Shown: in pieces, positions 9,601-21,200 of the stretch
Numbering within the stretch: position 1 is the stretch's first letter
How the letters are laid out: every line of letters starts with the position of its first letter
Source of the DNA: a virus
Lineage: Duplodnaviria; Caudoviricetes
DNA: 55,136 nt
Direction: 5' to 3' (one strand)
Virus record (IMG/VR): IMGVR_UViG_3300035199_000963
Location: 1 to 55,136 of that record
Notes under the pieces: generated by a model
The model's database searches: none
What the model was told of the DNA's origin: nothing
The model's input: only the letters and a program-made list of their open reading frames with translations
Program-made: the position numbers and the translations under genes

Positions 9601-11272
9601 CTCTTTCTTCCTGAAGTCCTGCAGGGGTAGTATGTGTGTATGTAAAAACACTGCTCTCCTTGATGGTTTTAGAGTTTTTGAAAACCAATTCAGGAGTGAG
9701 TGCGCCAATGAAATACTTCATGTACCGGGCACGGAGAATTTCATTTACATTGGCACGACGGGTTAGGGTGGTCCCCTCCCCCGCATCAATATAGCGAAGC
9801 TCAGTCCGTTCGGTCCAACCAAAGGGACCATGTCGTCCGAAGCGGTTGAAGCCTTCTCGATTCACGGCAGCCAATTCTGCCTCGGTTTCTAAGCGAACTT
9901 CTCTAGCAGTCTCCTTTTGGTACCATGTGTCCACACCAGGGTCAGGCGCATCAGGCATTGTTTCTTTCATGAAAGCAGCAACATTAAAATATGGAAGAAT
10001 AAAAAATGCAAGATTCGCAGCCTCTTTTTCGAAAGTAAAGCTTAAGGGAAAGTTAAAGTCTCTAACAAAATTCCCCTCCACATTGATTTCATCCAAGCTA
10101 GCCTGGGCGCCGCGATGGGCTTCTGCTAGCTCTTTGATCGAATAAGGACCAGACTTTTTAAGAACAAGGTGTGAATGATTTTGTCCCACAAATCTATCAG
10201 CTTCATTAAAATGAATGTCTACACCTTGAGCCCGGAGCCACTCCATAGATTGGGATTGGTTTTTAGAATTCTTAAACGAGTCAATAAGAGGCAGCGAATC
10301 TGTGTGAAAAACAACAAACTCAAAATATTTAGACATGTCGCTACGTGACAACCAAGACGGCGTAGCAGTTCCAGAAAAGTCTTTAACACTCAATAGCAGA
10401 TCGATTGTAAGAGGATTGGTGGTTTCCGCCACGTCAAGAACTTCCAGTTGGCGACGATCGGAGCGAAGACCAGAAACATAATCTCTATACTTCTGATATG
10501 CTGAACGGACCACGGACCACATAAAGGCGGCCGTGCCGCCAGGAATGACCGATGCCGAGGGAGGAGAGTGAGACCACATGATGGCGCCGGGGAAGGCTTC
10601 CGGGGAGCTTAGTCTCTGCAACGTAATCTCTTCGGGGGAGCCGTCAATGATCTGTGAAGTTGACATACCCATTTCAAACCAATCTGCTAACGATCTCTCG
10701 AAATATTTTACATAGCGTGGATGGACCGGACGTAAGTACCTAAGCAGTTTTGCGGGGGTATTCCGGGGGCTGGGATCACCGTGGACGGCGAAGTCGGGGC
10801 GTGAGGGGAGAGTAATTTTACCACCATCAGTGCCTGGACCTGTGGCTAGAAAGACAACCGTCGCTTGTGGCAGCTCGGGGCGGAAACCCCGGGCCTGACC
10901 GGCTTTGGCACTGAAATTTCTTGTATAATACTGATGCAGATATCGCGCGACGGTTAGTCGGCGGGCGGCCATATCAAGGTTAGCCCCAAGAACCCCGAAT
11001 CGTCGCAGATCTCTCTCAGACTGTCGCACGGCTGCAGCGTATTCTTTGTTAATTCGATCTTGAGCATTAAGATGGTTACCAAACCAAGTTTCCTGAATCG
11101 TGTTTTCAAAATCATGCGTGTCTACTGTCTTGATATTAGCGTGCATAATGCCCGTTTCAACAACATGTGGATCATCGCTAACAACCATTTTTCCGCCGTT
11201 GCTTAGAGTTACTTTCTCTATTCTTACTTTGGGGATGTGTCCGCCGACAATATTTATTGAGTTTTCTGGCAT
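6623..11272 (-). CDS. large hypothetical virion protein
   Basis: 1549-aa uninterrupted ORF in the tail module; one FN3-like segment (FTFKD...GKYQYRIKF). Confidence 0.55.
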   Translation of the reverse strand: MPENSINIVGGHIPKVRIEKVTLSNGGKMVVSDDPHVVETGIMHANIKTVDTHDFENTIQETWFGNHLNAQDRINKEYAAAVRQSERDLRRFGVLGANLDMAARRLTVARYLHQYYTRNFSAKAGQARGFRPELPQATVVFLATGPGTDGGKITLPSRPDFAVHGDPSPRNTPAKLLRYLRPVHPRYVKYFERSLADWFEMGMSTSQIIDGSPEEITLQRLSSPEAFPGAIMWSHSPPSASVIPGGTAAFMWSVVRSAYQKYRDYVSGLRSDRRQLEVLDVAETTNPLTIDLLLSVKDFSGTATPSWLSRSDMSKYFEFVVFHTDSLPLIDSFKNSKNQSQSMEWLRAQGVDIHFNEADRFVGQNHSHLVLKKSGPYSIKELAEAHRGAQASLDEINVEGNFVRDFNFPLSFTFEKEAANLAFFILPYFNVAAFMKETMPDAPDPGVDTWYQKETAREVRLETEAELAAVNREGFNRFGRHGPFGWTERTELRYIDAGEGTTLTRRANVNEILRARYMKYFIGALTPELVFKNSKTIKESSVFTYTHTTPAGLQEERAWSGPVHYHAQDTNALQQAARTTRGEAATNASYVGWMGGAEHDPSLTQEEARQLQPPLRQILVPNNKVQDFRMVERMQHLFTDLSPLDVKEFDPEIKNPNNQQKVDLNNSYFSDISLTTDIDKSVSLFMAFDVESFLKRETLFSRAGSSFVKLDHVEIKRRQVRDVSTRNRVGGLSADIPKIDEGDYELPDTLLLSGKAGPTSRATIIVSTDRDDPRLDRRRQSSAPGVIATFKDITDFVQNKIKAPEVRERRSFGKTKFFTFKDRSAQHLTSGKYQYRIKFSILDNTPEFLKLKRNEISTFLRRLTTYYDLAMEKENYNIILNKFHKNVIDRLLRSHGRDSKYTFFSRQAEGGPLHLQASSPSGIFISTLQLFSAENETFDIESVTATLQSFLDPNTATRDTIFKVIQTVNDVIAKIDYLLGSSSVPTTGNSSASQTRTPPAGAKNNKLIEIEQGTTTLFDATYPRAAGYYYMSPFFSDERPSNGIRKVQKSNIATMQAIERRKSFGPSTAGGAITPDLTQDYAYYTPLYATVPKLDASFAEGLARNALFTGSAGFPDNTLGMPFTNANEAGVQVLMHFTSATEESERPPWKDPRAKYNTVTDMIRTLNLAKGQEALTQGVEISDQLHITSDAARRSQLAQDALLKIFTPQGCSVITPVTLGGLDIISLPHLAPPQPNQNTSFSPSVHTPGHAQLPELKVQGVVRTTKSDQRGISVLTKNLGRGNSSDTIQDYLDSFTRPGNIPANGVMRSILIDEGLQLNPTSFSSLTTDDEFQDSRFFESVISLPAPMKLLAFLYVTANVAQRFQLLASWPTTQSPTRVLALPDITGTENMGFFDIHFNKIVELQVLAGFEMSATGGPLVDHPIWRKATAPDLAANSVCRYVPYANSDIKTAQPEYLDMPIFDSIFLVEGDGDLRWNPDAEMMSSEEWIERQMEEGGLVMGAQRDDGSEAGPAAVARSQGVLNNDSQARQSQSPQSSVRSDPGDQWSMF

Positions 11273-11275
11273 TTT

Positions 11276-12262
11276 TTAATCATCACAATAAGTAGTTTGG
11301 TCATCAGAGTTAACGGGTAGATCATAAACATTTTCGTTAGTTGCGGGCCCCCCAGTATCACTACAAGCAGGAGGTGTGGCTTCGAATCTGTTCCTTTCTT
11401 CACTCTTGGTCATCATGTCACACAGTGTTTGTTGGTCGATTTCATCATCAACTATTATATCTAAAAAATATTCTATAAACGAAGGATCCCCTTCTACTAC
11501 AATATCATTAGGAATATCATCATTTGTGAAGCAAAATTGACTCTCCGGATAATGAGAAGTTCCATCATTGACCGAAGACGTTATTTCGAATACTTCAAAA
11601 TCAAAGTTCTCTCGCTGAAAGTCTGTATGCTGTTCAATTATTTGAAGTACAACGTCTCTCTTTCGTAACAAGATCATCGTCCCGTCATCGAAGTCTCTCA
11701 GAACATCATACTCCCTCAGTATAGAACCGCCAGGCGTAACCTGATTTCGCTGACGAGGCGTTATTAGCCTCAAGTCAAAGTCTACGTTAGCGTTTAACTG
11801 AGGTATAGGTAGGTTCTCATACGAACCCGTCAAGCTAGGACTTGAACTGCTGAGAGGACTATTGTTCACCAAGATGCTCCATGCGGGTGCGTACTCCGAA
11901 GATAAAGACGATTTTCCTAAAGGCTTTGCATACACAAAGTCATTTTGTTGGATATCTGGAAGTATGGTATACGCTGCTGGAGGGGCATGCGGGTCAAGGC
12001 TTCTGTTTTCAAAGATTACCTGTCGAGCTTTTACGCCAAGATCGGTGTAGACGACCTGTGGTTTGAGGGTCGCAGAACTTGTGATGCGTGTCTGGATTTC
12101 ACTTTGCTGTTCAGTTATTCCTGCCCACTCATAATCATAAATGATGTCGTCATCAAAAAAGGAATAGTAAACTGGCTTGAACTTTCCTAGTCCCAAGAGC
12201 CTCTTTCCATAAGAGGTCAACTCAATATTGATTACTTCTTCTTTTTTGTTAAAAAATGACAT
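11276..12262 (-). CDS. phage structural protein (shares N-terminal motif with 2853-3788)
   Basis: 328 aa; IELTSYGKRLLGLGKFKPVYYSFFDDDIIYD motif. Confidence 0.55.
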   Translation of the reverse strand: MSFFNKKEEVINIELTSYGKRLLGLGKFKPVYYSFFDDDIIYDYEWAGITEQQSEIQTRITSSATLKPQVVYTDLGVKARQVIFENRSLDPHAPPAAYTILPDIQQNDFVYAKPLGKSSLSSEYAPAWSILVNNSPLSSSSPSLTGSYENLPIPQLNANVDFDLRLITPRQRNQVTPGGSILREYDVLRDFDDGTMILLRKRDVVLQIIEQHTDFQRENFDFEVFEITSSVNDGTSHYPESQFCFTNDDIPNDIVVEGDPSFIEYFLDIIVDDEIDQQTLCDMMTKSEERNRFEATPPACSDTGGPATNENVYDLPVNSDDQTTYCDD

Positions 12263-12268
12263 AAACTA

Positions 12269-15200
12269 TTATTTCCCGGCGTTGCCTCGGGCAGCCATGG
12301 CTTCCTCTATCATTCTTGCATTAGCCTCATCGATTTTCTTAAGACGTGTTCTAGCTGCAGCAGGGCTCTCAAATGTAACGTTGGCGTCCAGTTTGACTAA
12401 TTCCACTAGAGAGAAGAAGTCGTAGGGCCAGTTGTAACTGTAATCTGGAACACCAAACTTGCGGCCGCCGGCGCCTCGGCCAACCTTAAGATCAAACTGG
12501 AATCTTTCGTCATCAGATGTATCATGGGTTTTCTTATAGTAATTCCAGTTGGCTTTTTGTTTGACCTTAAACACAAGCCACTTAATATCATCGATGTCCG
12601 AACCGGTCTCACTGTCAGGAGATAGGAACGTACCCGCCAGGAGGTCGTGAGAGATGGTCGCCTTGGCAGTTTGGTATTTGCTGGAGATCGTATCGGGAGG
12701 CAGGTTCTGCCAGATGTCTGTTATGTCTTTTCGAGACAACTCGTGCTCAAATTCAAAAATATACATGGCTATTGGATCCTGATCGTCGTAGGTCAAGAAA
12801 TCAAACATGGGAGGAAGAACATAGTTTTCCATCTTTAGCAATTGTTCAAAAATAGGTCTTATTCTCGATGTCCCTAAAGGAATGTTGCCGCTCTGTATTC
12901 TTCCTTTTGCAGAAACGACTGCATCTTTGTCTAATGTATAATATTCTTTTCCGCCTGGTCCTTGCGAGGGTTTGAAGGGGATCGCTATAACCGCTTCTTT
13001 AACAACCTTTCTCTCACGTGATTGTCCGAGTTTTATCGCTCTCTTGGGCATGCCAATGAGACCAGCGAGAGAACCTGTTACAGAGGCATCAAAGCCGCCG
13101 GAGCCGGTGTTAGCGAGTATGTGATAAAAATCGTTAACGTCGCTTACAATGGGGTCTGCAACTTCTAAAAATAGCCCGTCGCCGTCGGCAAGATCAACTC
13201 CGTATTGGTGCCACATGCCCCTGATCGTCTTCTCAGTGGAGACGGCGCCGGGGGAGAGGGGTGAACGACCAGCCTTGTCGAGAGAACCTGAAGAAAAATC
13301 AAGTATGGGTGTCTCAAATCTAGTTTGAAAAACCAGGACCTCGCCTTCGCCTGATTCAACCGTCCTTGGCGCGCCGGTGATCGCATCAAAATTCACCTTT
13401 TTTGCGTCAACCAAAACAAAATCTGTGGTATCCCTACCTATATTTACAGAAGCACTGATCTGCATCCAATCATCCCACAGCGGTCCTTCGCCGAGTCCGT
13501 CCACAACTATGCTTTTCCATAGATAATTGGGCATGATATGATAATATTTAACCGTAGAAGCATTAAGGATCTCCCGTAAAGTGTAGCTCTGATCCTCGCC
13601 GGCCGGATTTGGCGGCTCAAATGAAACGCGAGCAAGACATTCGTAGTCATAGTAAGGCGGAGAATATGTGTACGAGTAGCCGGAGGTGGGCGGCCCGCCG
13701 GTGACACCCTGCACTCGTGGACCAAAGAACTCTCCCATCCCGTCAGATGCGTCGTTGAGGTCCCTATTATACATTATGTTGCCGGCCGGCTGGGAGCCGC
13801 CCTCTCTAGAGCCTGAGGGTCTAATCTTTATGTCCATTATATACATTTTAGTAGGGTCTGCCAGAAATCCCTTGGCGTCAGAATCTGATGCGAATGATGT
13901 TAGTTGTCCGTCTAGTAAGAAAAAATCAATTGATTCAGCTAAAAAGTTATGCATTGCCATTTTATAGCGATCGTCGCCGGAGCCGTTCCAAGAAGCGGTA
14001 GAATTGAGCTTTGCCCGGGAGATCTCATTGTCTATTATATTTGTTCGTGCCAGCCACTCAGGTTCAACCAGAGCCTCGAAAGGCGCACGGAAGCTTGCGG
14101 AGGTGGTGATCCCTGCAGCGTTGACTTCGAGCCCGGCAGCGTCCTCGCTCGCATATATGGGGTAGTCTACTGCCACCCCTCCCTTTATAGTGTTATATAA
14201 AATGCCGGGGGAGCAGAACGGTTGCAGGAAAGTTCTAAAATTGCCCTGATCTGTGTTACTGCCGAGCACGGTACCAGATACCTCTACATTCCGCCCATAC
14301 GACTTGCTAAGTAGACTAGCCAACTCAAGGGTCCTCTGTGCTGGGTAAAATCCCTTATAGGGTAAGAACTTCATGGCAGCATTGCATTCCAAGGTAAGCT
14401 GGGTCGGTTGCATACCGGACGCTTTATCCGCGTTACTTCTGGTGTCCCAATCACCAACGGACATGTTTGATGCGGCTTGGGCGACATGTTTAAAGTGTCT
14501 CAGAAAATCAGTGGTAGAATACACGTCAAAGAAACCTTCCATTGAACTTGATGCTATGGCGTCAGGAGTTGTGGAAGCGTTCAAGGTGGCGCCAGTTAGA
14601 TTTAAGAAACCTTGTGCTGGGAGGGGGGCTCTGAAGTCCTTACCCTTTTGCATAATGTAGTAATCCATATAATCACTAATCTTAAACTCCGGAATTATCG
14701 TATAATCCTTTCCATAACGTTTCATGTCATCAGCATAGGCGTCGTACGAGGGATAATAAAATGGATCTTTGCCGGCTTGTTCGCCGGCAACCCATGGTAC
14801 CGAATATATATCATCTACACCCACCCGGGTATAAATCGCAGAGGCAGTAAGAGTGTTGGGTCCGGTTGGGGCCGAATCATATTCGATGGTATAGGGGTTT
14901 AAAAGCTCGCCAGAAACGTTATCAGATGTGCCTGTTGCTGGTGAACCGGTCAAATAGGGATTGATTCTTCCATCCAAGCACCACATGCTCTGACTAGTCA
15001 CGAGCGGCAGGTTTGTTGGCGCAGAATGAGAGCCCATAGAATTTGAAACATATGTTTCGGTTCTCTCGTTTCTGTCAGGGTGCCAGAAATCTACAATAAA
15101 GTTCTCTCTTTGCCTTACTTTCTTCAGATATGTGTTCTTCTCACGTGGGAAGACCGTCTCTTTGTAGGACACACGACTTAATCTCTGATTTACGGGACCT

Positions 15201-18200
15201 TGCCTTTGCAGAAGACTGTGAATCTGACGTCGCCGAGTGGGCGCAGAGTTTATGCCTAAGTCACCAATCAATGTTGTGCCTTTTGTGTTCTCATTGTAAC
15301 TTGTGAATGTGACCAAGTTGTTTCCATATGTGTCCGCCATCGGCACATATGCGGGGTCACCGACTTCACCAAACTCGTGTACAAGAGGTCGATACTTAGA
15401 CGTCACCACCGATTCTGTTAAGTGCCTCACGAAGGTTGAGCGTGCACCAAAGAGGTTGTTCTGCGGGTGCATAGCAGCCCTTTCTTGTGAATAAGCGATC
15501 GCGGGGGGGTGGACCATTCGAGTAGGGTCGTTTAAGTTCATATAGTCTGAGCCAAACGCTTCCACTGACTCTTTCATCTTCGGCAGATAAGACATGACGT
15601 TAGTCTTCCTCTGTCCTCTGATGATTGGGCTTTGTCCGGCCCTAATTTGTTTCCATGAGGGATATTGATAGGGTCCGTTGCGATGAAGCATCAGAGCGTT
15701 AAACATCTCCGCGGATTGTGTCGTGTTGTTCAGCAGTGCCGGAACCGTGTCAACATTGCGATACTGTTCTGACTGACCCGGCATCCAAGTTACCAGATCG
15801 GCGCCGGGGGCCCAACCTAGAGTGTTGTCGCTATTTGTTGAGGCACGTCCCGTGTTGTAGGGTAGCGTCACAGTGCCTGCATTGATAATACCACGGGTTG
15901 TGGAGTTATCAATCTTTCTCGGAATACCGTAGCTACGGTAATGTGTACCCTTCACGATCGACTTTATATCTGCAGTTATCAGGTTATCCGAATTCGGAGT
16001 AAAGAGAAAGACAGCTTCCAAAGTGGGGGGGGACGCGTCTCCAGAGAACATGCCGTCAATAGGCTGTTGACCATGCGTATAATAAAGTCGCGATACCTGA
16101 TCCGCAGTTAACGCAGCTGACCATACAGCAAACTGCGCCAAGTCGCCTTTGTAGAAATATCTATAATCGCTTGGGTCTGCGTCTTTATCCGCACCAATAG
16201 TGACATAATCGGCTGATTGAATGTGGATGTCCTCAGAAAGGTCAACATCGTTTTCCACTCCGTCGATATACAAGAACGCATCATTATCGCCGTCGTCAAA
16301 TGTTACAACGACATGATGCCATTTTCCATCAACGACGGAATTGGTAGACACCAACCCTGGGCTACCTTCTTCGAGTCCATCCGAGCACAGTTTCCCATCA
16401 CTAGCCCTTACAAACATCATAAACTCATCGACGGCTGGGGACGATTGCTGGTCGTCGCATGAGAAAATAAAGCCATAGGTACCCTCAGGCGTTTCGGCTT
16501 TTATCCAAAAACTGATACTGAAGTCTCCGATTATGTTCAATGCCACGGCCGGTCCGAGCACGACAGTCGGATCCGGATCTTCATTTAGAACGAACCTGTC
16601 TCCTGTCCCATTAAAGTGAGCAAAATTGACTATCGGAGCATCTCCAACGGGCTCGTAAACGTTAGTATTTAAGCCAACAAAATCGGTAAAGATAAAGTTA
16701 CTCCCACTAAATGGGTTACCCCAATAACGAGTATCTCCGCGGTATGATCCAAACTCACTAGCACTGACAAATGTAATATCGTCAGATGCGGTGGCGTATC
16801 CCAAAGCCTTAGAACTTTGGTATGATGAGGTGATCCACATATATTGTAAATCAGACTGGGGGATGGCATGTTGTACAAACCAGTTGTCGTAAACGGGCGT
16901 TCCGGGCGTAGCTTTGACAAAATTGCTCGATGTCAAGTTAGAGTCTCTCAACTCTGGCGTGCCGTTAGCAGTCAAAGTGAAACTTCCAGTAGCACAGTCT
17001 ACAATGCTTGTGGCTGTGTCGGCTGGAGTATCCCCAAATCTCCACCAAGCCTTTAAGGATCCCAAGATTCCATCCCGAGAGACTGCCAAGTTGTAGGGAT
17101 TAACGGGACCTGGCATAGAGCTAGATAGCCCTGCATAGCGATATAGTTCTCGAACTTGTGCCGCAGATAAAAGAGTGTTCCACACTGTCATTTCGCTTAT
17201 AGATCCTGCATATTTAGAGGTAGCTGCAGGGGTGGCGCCGATGTAAATGGGATCCGACGCCGCAACCGAGAATACTTCAGTAGTATCTATATCATTCAGG
17301 TCGCCGTCGACATATAAAGAAAAATCATCCTCAGAGTTATCAAGTGTTACCACAACATGGTGCCAGTTGCCATCAACAATGGGATTGGTAGATTCAAGCT
17401 CCGGCGGCAAGCTGCCGACATTAGTTCTATCAGCGACAACCCTGCCATCACTTGCTCTTATGACCACCTGGCCCTCCTCTCCGCCGAAGGGACCAATTTG
17501 GAAAACATATCCCCAATCACCAGCCGGGGTCTCGGGTTTTATCCACATGCTTATTGAAAAATCATCTAGTAACTGTAGATCGCCAGCAGTAATGCCTCCA
17601 TTATAGTATGGCGTTCCGCTAAGATAAACACATTTTTGCTCTTGTATCGCCTCAAATTTACCCGGAGAAGGTACAGGAGAACCTGCAGGGGCTACAAGAG
17701 TCACCTGCGGGCTGTTATTGACAACTACATGCCGTGGTGCCAACGAATCCTTAGGACTACTGTCGCGTAACGCGTAGGGGGCACTGTAGGCTGTTAACTC
17801 ATCACCGTCACCCATGCGATACCACGTTACCAGACTCGCTGAAGCTGGATGCAACGTCAAATCGACTGGGCCTGCCAGTCCTTCGGGAGAGAACTTGTAA
17901 AGTTGTGTGATATCCGATCCGGTTAGTTCAGTATTCCAAATTGAAACATCAGTAATCCAGCCATGGAATTCGTGATTGAGTGTGAGGTCTTCTGCTCCGA
18001 CGCCAACTTGAGCAGTTGTAGTGAGAGATCCTGAAAAGTCAGTAACGGCCGGGGGATCGTTGTCGAGGATGTTGACAGCGTAATCACTATTGCTGACGGC
18101 TTCTCCATCGACATAAATTGTAGCATAAGTTATGCCGCCGTCGCCATTATATCGACCGGTCATTCCCACGTGATGCCACTGATTCTCAACAATCGTATTT

Positions 18201-21200
18201 GCGGAAGAGGTGATCCATGCGGCGCTGGAGCCCTGCCAGTTAGTAAAAACCGACAGCTTTAAGTTTGAATCTATCATTAACGAAAAATCAGAAAAGGCTT
18301 CGTCAGCACCCAGAGATACTATAGTCCCTGACAGGACATGTCCTGCGGTGCCGCCGGGAGAGTAACCTGTAGGGACCTTCGCCCATGAGAACATCGAAAA
18401 AGAAGAGTCTGCCAGCCCAAGATCTGCTGCGGTTTGTTGAGATACATAAAAATCATTAGTGGCATCAAAATAAACCGAATGCTTGTTTTCAAACCTCGCG
18501 TCGTTCTCATACCTTCTCGCAGTATTTCTATTTATTTTAGAATATGCAGCAGTTACATGAGTAGGAACGTTGTTTAACTGGTATGAGGAAGAAAGTGTGT
18601 ATGCTTTTAATCCGTATTTCCCTGAGTGTTCCTTTAATAAGGAGTCCAGTGGTTGTCTTACGCTTAGGTTTCTCCACGGCATCGCGTTATATGGAGAGTA
18701 TTCCTCAGAAGTGTAATCTCTTGTCCCTCTCGCCATTACCTCGCCGGAACCAGGAGCGCTGAACCTCTCAGTTATGACGGTCTTGTTTGTCGATCTCTCT
18801 GGCAACGAGTAGTCGATGACGCCAGTTACATATGATGATTCACTGTTAGTAATAGACAAGCTCTCAATAAATAAGTTGTTGGCTTTCCTGCCGCTTGTTT
18901 GCACAACTTGATAGTTCTTTTCGAAGTTTCCGATCTTGGTTATGCCGGAACTTGTAACCTGTTGAATGTTGGCGATGTTAACGGGCCGCTTAGCGTATGT
19001 TTCTCTCATCCTGTTAGCGAATGGGAGATAGTCATAAATTGCATTATTACGAATACCCGGAGTCTCAGTTGACAAAGTGGCACCACCATTAATTGCGGTA
19101 AGGGTGTTCGAATTCCCCGAGGAATCTGCTGTTATTGCAGCGCCTGCCCCGCCAAAGCGCCACCAAGCTTGTAGGCCGGCGGCATAATCATCTGTGATGT
19201 TGGGGGGAGTGACGCCGCCGCCGTACCGTTCATTAAATCCATCATTAACCGCGGACAACCCCGTGATATCTGATGAGTCTAAAATTGTATCCCATGCAGC
19301 TATCTCTCTTATATACCCTGAAAAGGAATGATCATAATCCGGGTCGCCGGAGGTCGCTGCTTTATCAGTTCCAAGTAGCACTGTTGCACCGTGTGTTATG
19401 TTGAAGTTAATCGCAGTGCCGCTATCTCGTGATACTCCGTCGACATATAATATGGCAGTTTTTGAGGGCGACTCATCAAAAGTTAAAGCTACATGATGCC
19501 AGTTCCCATCATTTATGACTACATCATATTGTAAATCTGGGGTGCCGGGGGTTGTAATATCACAAACGGAGAACTTATTATTTTCGTCAATGTATAGCCA
19601 TAAAGTTGGACTAAAAGGGTCTATGCTGCTCACTATGGCGAATATTATACCTCCATGTGAATCGGCGGAAAAATCTGCATCGGTTTTTACCCAAGCAGCT
19701 AATGTAAAGTCTGTTCTCAAATCCAGCGTCGTGGCGTCCACGACTGACTGGTATCCTTTCCCGTCGTCGATGGCGCCGGGCACGTTATCAAAATAAGCGG
19801 ATCCTATGGATCCTGTACGTGCTGTGGCTGGTCCACTGATGACTAAACAGCCGGGCGAGCCGCCCACCTCATTGGGAAACAAAATTTTATAACCTTCTGG
19901 GCGAGTGTATAAATTGTCCAGAAATTGTTTCTGTGAGTTTCTATAGTTTATATCTATATGGCGGTATTGGTAGCCTCCAACATACTTCTCGGTGAAGGGA
20001 CCCTGCATTGGAATCTCAAGATTAGAACCGTATGAATCATCATGAAGATTGGTAATATCCAATCCTTCAAACCCGTCAACGTCCTGTACTTCCACCACGT
20101 AACCACTAGCTGTCATTGAAGAGGAGTAGAAACTTAAGGGTGTGTTTTCTTTACGTACACCTGTCTGCTGTCCAATAGAGTCATGACCAGTATAGCTTTG
20201 ATAGAATACCTTCTTCTTTGATGCTGGCTCTCCCGCCGGATTTGAAGATGTTTCCTGATTCCTGTAAGTGGGCTTCAGGAGATCCGAGCAATCTACAAAT
20301 TGTTCTAGTTCGGACCCTGAAATGTATACGTAATCATCGTATAAGTCCATGTTGGCTTCGTTTTCAATATTTGAAAAACTGCTTAGAACTGATTTCTCTT
20401 TGTGATTATTAGATAGGCTGTTTTGACCGCTCTTAATGTCGTTTGTTTCAACCGCGCTAAGTTGAACTGGTGAGTTGCTGCGCCTGTCAAAGGTCTGATA
20501 GAGTGCATCATGGAGACTAGTTCGATCGGCGTTTACAGATGCCACGCTCGAACTAATGAGAGTATTGACTGGTTCGGCCCTGTTTTTCCACCAGAAACAG
20601 TTTGTATTTACCGAGGGGCTGCTGCCAGTTGGACCCCCGAGGAGATATACAACCGTGTCAGGAGACGCGGCGACCTGTATAGCAGTTGCGTTTTGTGGAG
20701 CAGTCGATGGATATGAGGCATTGGAATAGTTAGCTGAGTCAGCGAGAATGGTTGCACTCTCGGCAGAATCGCCCATTCTGTACCACGCCGCTAGTCTGGT
20801 CGAGTCTGTTCGGAGGTCCCAAGGTTTGCCATCATTATATAGCTCTGCGACAAGCGGCGTGCCGCCGACGCCGGGGGCTTGGGTCCAGATAGAAAATTCA
20901 TCCATGTCGCCGGCGAATTCGCTTGATACCGCATGCGACGTCGCCCAAGCGCCGATGTATATATCGCCATCAGCGGCAAGATCTATCTCAATGTCGGCAC
21001 TAGAGAGAGTAAGAGTCTGACCATCACCATACAGAGCTAACAAGTCTCGGGCGCCGGATCCGTCGGCACCGGAGCCCTCCCCATATTGATATACAACAAC
21101 AAGGTGGTGCCAGTTTCCGTCGTGCGAATCCGGAAAGGTGGCGGTTCGTATGGCGCTGGCGCCTGAAAGATCATAGAACTGAATGAGTCCATCGTCGCCG

